32,000 bases of DNA from Acaryochloris marina MBIC11017 (lineage in GTDB: Bacteria > Cyanobacteriota > Cyanobacteriia > Thermosynechococcales > Thermosynechococcaceae): positions 2,400,001 to 2,432,000 of the forward strand of contig NC_009925.1 in assembly GCF_000018105.1 (NCBI RefSeq), written 5' to 3'. How positions within the stretch are numbered: position 1 is the first letter of the stretch; each line of letters starts with the position of its first letter. Shown here one piece after another: positions 7,584 through 14,522 of the stretch. Under the pieces are notes generated by a model, which was given only the letters and a program-made list of their open reading frames with translations, was not told where the DNA came from and ran no database searches. Position numbers and translations under genes: made by a program.

Positions 7584-8636
7584 TTACGCATTGATAGAAG
7601 TGCATTGATCCATTTCGGCAAAAGTAGATATCGTCAGATTGTCCAAAATAAACTGGCGAATCACGGGTACAAACAATTGTCTTGATATTTGATAACAGTT
7701 GTTGAGCAATCCTTGGATGCACATCGTTTGCAGGCGACAGAACGCTCTGAGCGCACAAAAGCAATGATTACGAATGGCTTGCTCATCTCGGACATAGAAT
7801 CGTTCGATATTGCATACTTGTTTAATGACTCTATGGAAGCATTCAATTTTCCAGTGGTCATCATGCACCGCTTTGAAGATCTTGCGAGTGAGATGTTGCA
7901 ATCGTTCTAATTCGGGTTGGTACAAGATGTAGTGTCGCAGTTCGTCTTTGAACGGCTGACAAAATACCTTCACCCAACCAAAGGCTTTGAGATAAACCAT
8001 CCTCCCTGTATCAGGTATATCTAGCTGTTTAACCTGTACTAAGGAGCCTCGCTCTACAGAGACCTGACGATTGCTGGCGATGCCAAAGAGAAAACCCACT
8101 TTCTCGTTTCTGAGAAACTTCAGGTTTTCCAGGCTTGAATACCAACTATCACCTGTCACCCAAGCCGGTGTAATGCCCCATTGTTTGACCTCAAGCACCA
8201 TCTCCCGGAAGTAATCGTTTTTGGTTTTGCCCTCCTGTTTGTCGTAAATGCGAAAGTTGATGGGATAAGAATGACCCGCTGTATCGGTGTAGTACAACGT
8301 GATTAAATTGAGTCCTTTGACACTCCGCTTGTGCTTGCCTGACCAGAAGTAATCGACAAAGGCACTTTTGCTCAGGTCCCGATAGGGTTTGTCTTCCACA
8401 CTGTCGTCAACGCTGAGGATGCCTACTGTCCAACCAATATGGGCTTTGACCTCATCCAATAAATCTTTGGGGGTGTAGTTCTCGCGTAATAGAAATCGAT
8501 TCACGCTATCGTGACTCAACTCTGACAGAATCTCTGATAACCGCATACAGCTGACATATCGAGGCTCCGCCAGCAGGAATAGGGTGTAGAGAGTGCTATT
8601 ACACTTTGCTGTGGAAGGTTTAGATATCTGACGCAT
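7584..8636 (-). CDS. DDE transposase (IS701/IS4-like)
   Basis: 350 aa with DDE-type blocks ILSVDDSVEDKP, WVTGDSWYSS and HWKIECFHRVIKQ. It lies between the inverted repeats above. Confidence 0.75.
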   Translation of the reverse strand: MRQISKPSTAKCNSTLYTLFLLAEPRYVSCMRLSEILSELSHDSVNRFLLRENYTPKDLLDEVKAHIGWTVGILSVDDSVEDKPYRDLSKSAFVDYFWSGKHKRSVKGLNLITLYYTDTAGHSYPINFRIYDKQEGKTKNDYFREMVLEVKQWGITPAWVTGDSWYSSLENLKFLRNEKVGFLFGIASNRQVSVERGSLVQVKQLDIPDTGRMVYLKAFGWVKVFCQPFKDELRHYILYQPELERLQHLTRKIFKAVHDDHWKIECFHRVIKQVCNIERFYVRDEQAIRNHCFCALRAFCRLQTMCIQGLLNNCYQISRQLFVPVIRQFILDNLTISTFAEMDQCTSINA

Positions 8637-8693
8637 GAGGTTTGAATACTGGGTCGAAGCAAGGGCTGCTTAATACACTACAGCGTTGTTATT

Positions 8694-8805
8694 AGACCTC
8701 TTGCAATATTCATTTCATGGTGTGCTACTAACTCAATGAATGCCGCGATCTGACTTAAATTTTGAATCCTCTACCATATCAGTAGCTGAATTATGCAAGA
8801 GGTCT
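8694..8805. mobile_element. 112-bp MITE-like element, copy B, nested in the IS leader
   Basis: It has the same AGACCTCTTGCA / TGCAAGAGGTCT termini as copy A. It is flanked by the direct repeat ATT (8691-8693 and 8806-8808). It sits between the transposase start (8636) and the IS inverted repeat (8811-8842). Confidence 0.7.
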
Positions 8806-8972
8806 ATTCTGTCAATGCGTAACTTCTACCGTAGATACGAAAGCTAAAAGATTGGTAAAGTCGAATGGCATTTTTTTGTTGAGTGATAACCGTTAAGTTG
8901 ACTCGTGAAGTGACCCCCAAGATTCGGACAAGTCCTTAAGCATCGTAATCTTGTACCGAATGAGGGAAATTA

Positions 8973-9278
8973 ATGTCATCAAAACGTCGTCAATATAGTG
9001 CTGAGTTCAAAGCTCAAGTGGTCTTACAATTGTTAAGCGGTGAAAAAACGAGCAGTGCATTGTGTCGCATCCATACCCTGCACTCTAGCCTCCTCAACCG
9101 CTGGCGCAAGGAATTTCTAGCGCACGCCAGTAGCATTTTTGAGAGTCAGAACAACGACGACAACGCTGAAGCGAAAATTGCTCAGTTAGAGCGTCTAGTC
9201 GGCCAATTGACGCTGCAATTAGAGATCGCAAAAAAAGCCTCAATGTCCTTACACCTAACCAAAAACGGCAGATGGTGA
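8973..9278 (+). CDS. IS3-family transposase OrfA (HTH)
   Basis: RRQYSAEFKAQVVLQLLSGEKTSSALCRIHTLHSSLLNRWRKEF followed by a leucine-zipper-like segment (IAQLERLVGQLTLQLEIAKKA). This is the standard IS3 OrfA. Confidence 0.85.
   Translation: MSSKRRQYSAEFKAQVVLQLLSGEKTSSALCRIHTLHSSLLNRWRKEFLAHASSIFESQNNDDNAEAKIAQLERLVGQLTLQLEIAKKASMSLHLTKNGRW
9230..9236 (+). promoter_or_regulatory. A AAA AAA slippery heptamer for -1 programmed frameshifting (OrfA to OrfAB)
   Basis: The A7 run at 9230-9236 lies in phase gcA AAA AAA Gcc of OrfA. The -1 frame is open from here into OrfB (AGC CTC AAT GTC ... ATG GTG AGA). Confidence 0.7.
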
Positions 9279-10129
9279 GACAGTTGCAGCAGGACTATTC
9301 CATTCGCCAAATTTGTCAGGTACTCAATTACCCACGCTCTCAAGTGTATTACCATGCCAGAGGCCAACCGGATGAGAGCGAACTAAAAGCGGCCATTGCT
9401 GGAGTTGCTGGAGCCTATCCGACTTATGGCTATCGTCGAATCACCGCCCAACTGCAGCGTCAGGGGTATTGCGTTAACCATAAACGCGTGGCTCGACTAA
9501 TGCGACAGATAGGGATTATGGCCAAGACCAAAGTCAAACGCAAACGCACCACCAATAGCGAACATTCGTTCCCTCGCTATGGCAATCGAGTGTTGAATCT
9601 CTCCATCGACCATCCTGAGCAGGTGTGGGTGGCGGACATCACGTACATTCGCTTACAGCAGGAGTTTGTCTATTTGGCCGTCGTGATGGATGTCTTTACT
9701 CGCGCCATTCGTGGCTGGCATCTGTCCCGCCATATCGACCAGCAACTAACGTTGAGGGCGTTGAACAAGGCGTTGGAGCGGGCAACGCCTGAGATTCACC
9801 ATTCTGACCAAGGGGTTCAGTATGCCGCTGCAGCCTATATGCAATTGCTCCAACAACACCAAGTGCAAATCAGTATGGCCGAGGTGGGACAGGCTTGGCA
9901 AAATGGCTATGCTGAGCGATTGATGAGAACGATAAAAGAAGAAGAGGTCGATTTATCAGACTATCGAAATTTTACTGAAGCGTATGAGCACATTGAGCAG
10001 TTTCTAGAAGATGTGTATATGCATAAGCGGATTCATTCATCACTGGGGTATTTGACACCCTGTGAATATGAGCAGCAGTGGAGACAACAGAACAATCACT
10101 ATTGTATGAATAAGGAGGATAGCGCTTAA
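9272..10129 (+). CDS. IS3-family transposase OrfB (rve integrase core)
   Basis: WVADITYIRL, HHSDQGVQYAA and NGYAERLMRTIKEEEV form the DDE(35)E integrase core typical of IS3. The frame is -1 relative to OrfA. Confidence 0.88.
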   Translation: MVRQLQQDYSIRQICQVLNYPRSQVYYHARGQPDESELKAAIAGVAGAYPTYGYRRITAQLQRQGYCVNHKRVARLMRQIGIMAKTKVKRKRTTNSEHSFPRYGNRVLNLSIDHPEQVWVADITYIRLQQEFVYLAVVMDVFTRAIRGWHLSRHIDQQLTLRALNKALERATPEIHHSDQGVQYAAAAYMQLLQQHQVQISMAEVGQAWQNGYAERLMRTIKEEEVDLSDYRNFTEAYEHIEQFLEDVYMHKRIHSSLGYLTPCEYEQQWRQQNNHYCMNKEDSA

Positions 10130-10165
10130 TTCATCTATTGCCCTGTCCGAATATAGGGGTTCACG

Positions 10166-10549
10166 TCATCGCCTAACACCAGCAGTCATCGTTGCCCGAT
10201 GTAATGCTTGACTCACCAGTACTCTGCCACAGCCACGTTTGCGGAATTCAGGCAGGACATAGAGACCCGCCAGATAGGCACGATGTTTTTCATTGATGGC
10301 TTCGTAGCGAGACAACCGGATAATGCCAATGAGCCGCTTGACTTGAAAGGCACCAAAAAAGCAACGATCCATACTCTCAGCCAATCGCACTGCAGTTTCA
10401 GCAAGATCGGGTTCCGTTTCGGGAAGTGAACCAAAAGCAGGAGGCCGTTCATGCAATGCACGTAGGCGTACTGAACGATATGCTTCAACATCAGCAGGTG
10501 TAAGCACCCGCGTACTGATGCTTGTCTCTATGACTGGGTTATCGTCCAT
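10166..10549 (-). pseudogene. GNAT N-acetyltransferase, probably C-terminally truncated next to the IS3 end
   Basis: 127 aa. The acetyl-CoA motif A region (LYVLPEFRKRGCGRVLVSQAL) is present, but the usual final beta strands after it are missing. The stop codon (10166-10168) is 2-3 bp from the IS3 terminus. No continuation is found on the other side of the IS. Confidence 0.5.
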
Positions 10550-11501
10550 ACAATAAACGTCATATTGCTAACTTTACAATGATCGGAGAATTGAGCATCA
10601 CTCTTTTGCACAGATATTTTTGTAAGTGCGGCGTTAGATTGAACCTATCAAAACGCGGTGAGAGATAGGAAAGGTAACCGTTAATATGGGGCAATCTCTC
10701 CAAGCCAGTGTGGTTATTGACTGACATTATCCTGGCATTGTTGAACTGGCCCATCAAATGACATCAGGATATAAAGCATTGAGTGCGATGGCTGTTAGTA
10801 AAGCCCAGGCTCTACCTGTAGGCCAATCAAAGAACATCGCAAAAAATATCTGCCAACAAGTCTACGATCAGATTCACCATAAACTTCAAGACCAAACGCA
10901 TCCTGTAATACGCGCACGGTAGATCAGTGAGGGGGCATCGATGACTTCTCCATGGGGTAGAATCAACCTGCTTTTTATCCAGGTTATTGAAACAAGCCTA
11001 GATTTTTTAGGTGATAGCGTGCTGATTTCATATTTACAATCAACATTGGTTCCTTATATATAAAATCTACAAAAAAGCTAATGTGGCAATATTTCCTTGT
11101 CTTATTTTTAGCCCACAAAGGCAATATATATGAGTTCTTAAAAAATTAGATATAGCTCATTCTTATATAAAAAATACCGGCCTAGGCATATAAAAAAGAT
11201 AGAGACATACCTCAGAGACAGGGGAAGATAAAAAGCCAAAAGCTTTTTACTGAAAGGTTTGCAGGGATTGACCAAGCCGCATCTCTGCCAAGGATCACGT
11301 CTAAAAATAGGAAGTATCACGTTTCTAGTGTGATCCAGATTAGATAAGAAGAAAGGCTTTACCGATAACTTATGAGAAGAGAGGAAAACAGATTGGAAGA
11401 AAGTTTATCGGTTCTCTATTAACAAGAAACAGAGACATTAAGAAGGCTTCATCTGGACAATCTCTGAGCAATCAGTCAACGTTCTAAATTTGATTTCTGT
11501 T

Positions 11502-11506
11502 GGAGG
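11502..11506 (+). promoter_or_regulatory. Shine-Dalgarno (GGAGG) for the cationic peptide gene
   Basis: GGAGG lies 8 nt upstream of the ATG at 11515. Confidence 0.6.
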
Positions 11507-11514
11507 AATCCATC

Positions 11515-11841
11515 ATGCTAAAGCCAATAAAAGTTACCCTGCTAGGTGTAATGGCAGCAACCACAACTGCACTCGCTATCCCTCAAGCAAATGCCTTCTC
11601 TACATCGGTTGGACAACAGCCTGAAACTTCTGAGCAAGTTGAAAACTCACTAGTGGCTTCTCGATGGCGAAAAAGACATAGAGTTCGTCGAGTTCGTCGA
11701 GTACGCTGGCGTTGGCGCCGAAAGTGGGTTTGCTTCAAGCGTCCAGTCGTCTTCTATCGCCATGGCCGTAAAATCGTGAAGTTCAAGCGGCACTGTCACT
11801 GGAAAAGATACCGAGTCCGTCATGGCGGACATCATTTCTAA
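11515..11841 (+). CDS. Secreted, extremely Arg/Lys/Trp/His-rich small protein (108-aa precursor)
   Basis: It has an ATG preceded by GGAGG and a Sec-type signal peptide, MLKPIKVTLLGVMAATTTALAIPQANA|F. A short acidic/neutral spacer follows. The 59-aa tail, RWRKRHRVRRVRRVRWRWRRKWVCFKRPVVFYRHGRKIVKFKRHCHWKRYRVRHGGHHF, has by hand count 19 R, 7 K, 7 H, 5 W, 2 C and no D or E. Confidence 0.6.
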   Translation: MLKPIKVTLLGVMAATTTALAIPQANAFSTSVGQQPETSEQVENSLVASRWRKRHRVRRVRRVRWRWRRKWVCFKRPVVFYRHGRKIVKFKRHCHWKRYRVRHGGHHF

Positions 11842-12027
11842 CCAGTGATGTTAATTGATAGCAACCTCAGGCCTGAGATTTATCGATAATGTCATTGATT
11901 AACATGAACTTTAGCAACTCTAGGAGATTAGGTTCTTCTGGAGTTGCTTTGGCGAAGTATAAGCGATCAACGAATTTTCTAACGGTTGGAATAGTTTCAA
12001 AAAATCGGGCATTGCTCCATGACGGGG

Positions 12028-13193
12028 CAGGGCTGTTTTAAGTTAGCAGCGAAAAAATGATGTCGACCCGATTAGCAAGCTTAGTCATAGCGGTTTTGAG
12101 GGATTGATAGCCGTTTAGACGCAGAATATTAATCACAATGGTTCTAAGCACTGACCAATTGAGCAGTGCTTGTTCATCCTCTAGTCGATAATCATCTTCA
12201 CCAAAGACCACATCCTTCGGCCAATGCAACCGATTTTCAATGCCCCAATGCTCTCGGACCAGAGATTGCCAATGATGGGGTGAGGTGGCAGCTGAACTGA
12301 TGTAATAGGCCGTGTTGTGATACGCCTTGCCTTGACGAGTACCCCATCGCTGGACACAAAGCACCGAGCGAATGGCTTCCCACTCTTGTAGGGCTATGCC
12401 GACAGGCTCATAAACCTGGATACACCGATGTTCCTCTCGTCCTCTACTCTGTATGGAGTGGGTATGCTCAGCCATGGGTTTAAGACACTCAAAGTAAGTC
12501 TGGAGGTGGTCGTAAAGACGGCCCTGATTGCGCTTAACGGCGATAAGATAGTCATTAACCGAAGCCACAACTTGCTGAAGTGTTTTTTTGGGCGTGTAAG
12601 GCATCCATGGTGATTAACAAGCCATCGAGTTGTAGTGTTTCCAATAGAGCCTGGACGACTTTGATTTCGCTATTATCCTCCTGAGTGAGGGCTTCGAGCT
12701 TGAGGGTGATGCCTGCTTCCACTGCGAATATACTCACCAATCCTACAAAACGCTGCTTGCCGTTTTCATCGGTGAGCCCCTGACAAATCCGTTTGCCATC
12801 CATGGATGCTGCATAATTATCGGGAGAGTGAGTCTGAGCTTTCGAGAGCATCCAAGCTTCAAATTGGTGGCTCAACGATTGGAAGTCAAGCCCCTTCATC
12901 ACGCGTCGAAAGGTACAGTGAGACGGAACTTGGAAGTTCTCCAGTCCCAACAGCTCACATAAAGGCTGCTGATAATCGCTCGTAAAAGTTTCTAAGGGAC
13001 AATACCCCTGGTATCCAGCGAGCATGCCCATCACCATCAAGAGCAATAGAAGCCATAACGGATGAGTACGACCACGGGCACTGCGGAAGTCAGGGACTTG
13101 CTTCAAGGTATCGATCAGATGGCTCATCGGTCTCTCTACTCTTATTCAGTAGAACCATCCTATTTTTTCTAGGAGGAACGTAAAACAACCCTG
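12028..13193 (-). mobile_element. ISAs1-family insertion sequence
   Basis: The terminal inverted repeats match at 15 of 17 positions. CAGGGCTGTTTTAAGTT at 12028-12044 pairs with the reverse complement of 13177-13193 (CAGGGTTGTTTTACGTT). An ISAs1-type transposase split into two frames lies inside. Confidence 0.8.
12038..13127 (-). pseudogene. ISAs1-family transposase, frameshifted in an A7 run
   Basis: ORFs 12555..13127 and 12038..12604 together give a standard ISAs1 (H-repeat-associated) transposase: DFRSARGRTHPL, ITMDALHAQKKT, DYLIAVKRNQ and HWGIENRLHWPKDVVFGEDD. The frames meet at the T7 run at 12583-12589 (A7 on the coding strand). Removing one A restores a single frame. Confidence 0.8.
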
Positions 13194-13196
13194 GGT

Positions 13197-13352
13197 TTAG
13201 GTGTCCTGTGAACTCGCGGTCTTTTCCCATTTACCGATAAATTTTTCAGCCTGTTGAGCCAGGATTTTCATCTTGGCTTCGGCAGACTCAGCCAATCCAA
13301 CAATCTCTTCTAGCTCAGAGTGCTTGGCAGTGTTTTGTTCTATCTGTGTCAT
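13197..13352 (-). CDS. Small helical hypothetical protein (51 aa)
   Basis: It is below the ORF-track length cutoff, so this is my own translation: MTQIEQNTAKHSELEEIVGLAESAEAKMKILAQQAEKFIGKWEKTASSQDT. It starts 41 bp downstream of the methyltransferase stop on the same strand. Its G+C looks host-like rather than island-like. Its stop is 3 bp from the ISAs1 inverted repeat. Confidence 0.35.
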   Translation of the reverse strand: MTQIEQNTAKHSELEEIVGLAESAEAKMKILAQQAEKFIGKWEKTASSQDT

Positions 13353-13393
13353 AACAGCTCACTCAAGCAACGGATTACGATTAATCTTTCAAC

Positions 13394-14500
13394 TTAACAA
13401 TTTAAGTTTGCCCAGATATCATACTCTTCACGAGGATTCGAAACTTTCGAATTAATATGAATAGCCTGTCGACGACCTTGTGAAGCAAAGCCTGCTGATT
13501 TAATATTTTTAATTTTCCATCTTGTCTGACATAAAGACTTTTTAATAATTTCTAAAGCATCAACATTTCTAGTATTAATACTACCAAATCTAATTACTAA
13601 TGTTGCATTTTGGGCACATATATCACTAGAATTTTCCCAGACTTTTTTTAGAGCCGATGAGAAATGATCTGGGCTCAAATGATTAAGTTGTTCTGGAGAA
13701 GAATAGTTGACTTGTGAAGAGTCACCCAAAAACCAAGATCTTAGCCACTGATCCGGAATATAACTACTCATACCATAGTAGGGAGGAGAAGTTATAACCC
13801 AATTAACCTGGCTTTGAATTTTCTGGAAGTACTTATTGTTACGACTATCACCTACAATGATTTTACCCATTCCTTGAGATTTTTCTAGGCCGAAGTATCG
13901 ATCAGCCTTTTCTCTAATAATTTCAATTACATCTACTTCTTCCGGTAATAACCCCTTGCGTTTCCAATAATTAACTGCATAGTTAGGTTTAGGAGCATAA
14001 GTACGTTGGGATTGATTTGAAAAGTATGACTGTTTTGACTTTGGACGAGGGCCATGTAAAGCACCCAAGATAATAGCTCTAAGTGCTTTTCTAGAATCAG
14101 AACGACAGTTTCGAAGAAAAGATTCTCGAAACTTACAGAGACTATTCAAAACATTTTTGTGAAAGGCTAATTCCCAAAACTCTCCTGTTGGAATGTCAGA
14201 TGGCTCTTCAGCATTTTTCAAAATTTTAATTGCAGTGCTAACAATATGACCAGGCTTAATATTAACTAGTTTTGCTTCAGAAATAGCTGTTGCAACTGGG
14301 CTGCTGTCAATACCGATAGAAGGCATACCTAACAACCTACTCGCATATATGGTTGTACCTCTACCACAAAAAGGATCTAGGACCCACTCTCCCCGGCTTC
14401 CATGCTCTTCAAGAATCGAGTATGGAAAGTCAAGAGGGAACATTGTGAAGTATGGGCAAATTCCATTAAGCCTAGTTTTTGCTTTTAAGGTTTTATCCAC
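13394..14500 (-). CDS. N6-adenine / N4-cytosine DNA methyltransferase (SPPY type, motif I before motif IV)
   Basis: 368 aa. The SAM motif I region, FPLDFPYSILEEHGSRGEWVLDPFCGRGTTIYASRLLGMPSIGIDSSPVA, is at the N-terminus. The catalytic motif IV, VITSPPYYGMSSY, is about 190 aa later. It apparently starts at a GTG at 14500, 22 bp after the HerA stop. It is very AT-rich. Confidence 0.8.
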   Translation of the reverse strand: MDKTLKAKTRLNGICPYFTMFPLDFPYSILEEHGSRGEWVLDPFCGRGTTIYASRLLGMPSIGIDSSPVATAISEAKLVNIKPGHIVSTAIKILKNAEEPSDIPTGEFWELAFHKNVLNSLCKFRESFLRNCRSDSRKALRAIILGALHGPRPKSKQSYFSNQSQRTYAPKPNYAVNYWKRKGLLPEEVDVIEIIREKADRYFGLEKSQGMGKIIVGDSRNNKYFQKIQSQVNWVITSPPYYGMSSYIPDQWLRSWFLGDSSQVNYSSPEQLNHLSPDHFSSALKKVWENSSDICAQNATLVIRFGSINTRNVDALEIIKKSLCQTRWKIKNIKSAGFASQGRRQAIHINSKVSNPREEYDIWANLNC

Positions 14501-14522
14501 TCAACTAAATCGCTGAAACTAT

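Larger units (their letters stand above)
7559..8842 (-). mobile_element. IS701/IS4-like insertion sequence carrying a nested MITE
   Basis: It has imperfect terminal inverted repeats of about 30 bp. TTTCGTGTTCTGTACCGTATAGGAGTTACGCATTGA at 7559-7594 pairs with the reverse complement of 8811-8842 (TTTCGTATCTACGGTAGAAGTTACGCATTGA). TAAAAG occurs just outside both ends (7553-7558 and 8845-8850) and may be a target duplication. Confidence 0.7.
8906..10163 (+). mobile_element. IS3-family insertion sequence
   Basis: It has the OrfA/OrfB architecture with a -1 overlap. The imperfect terminal repeats begin TG and end CA: TGAAGTGACCCCCAAGATTCGGACA at 8906-8930 pairs with the reverse complement of 10145-10163 (TGAACCCCTATATTCGGACA). 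I could not identify a clear target duplication. Confidence 0.8.

Noticed and set aside
10560-11320. Small ORFs in the AT-rich spacer: 10560..10757 (-), 11138..11320 (-) and a 54-codon plus-strand ORF I noticed at 10758..10922
   Set aside because: They have no ribosome-binding sites and no recognisable motifs, and they lie in low-complexity AT-rich DNA. They may be remnants of degraded genes, but I cannot support calling them genes.
11682-11708. 9-bp tandem repeat AGTTCGTCG x2 plus a degenerate third unit
   Set aside because: This is not a stand-alone satellite or a CRISPR-like repeat. It simply encodes the RVRRVRRVR core of the cationic peptide, and it is reported under that finding.
13273-13455. 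60-aa plus-strand ORF
   Set aside because: It overlaps the 3' end of the methyltransferase gene and the 51-codon minus-strand ORF, and its translation looks like junk.
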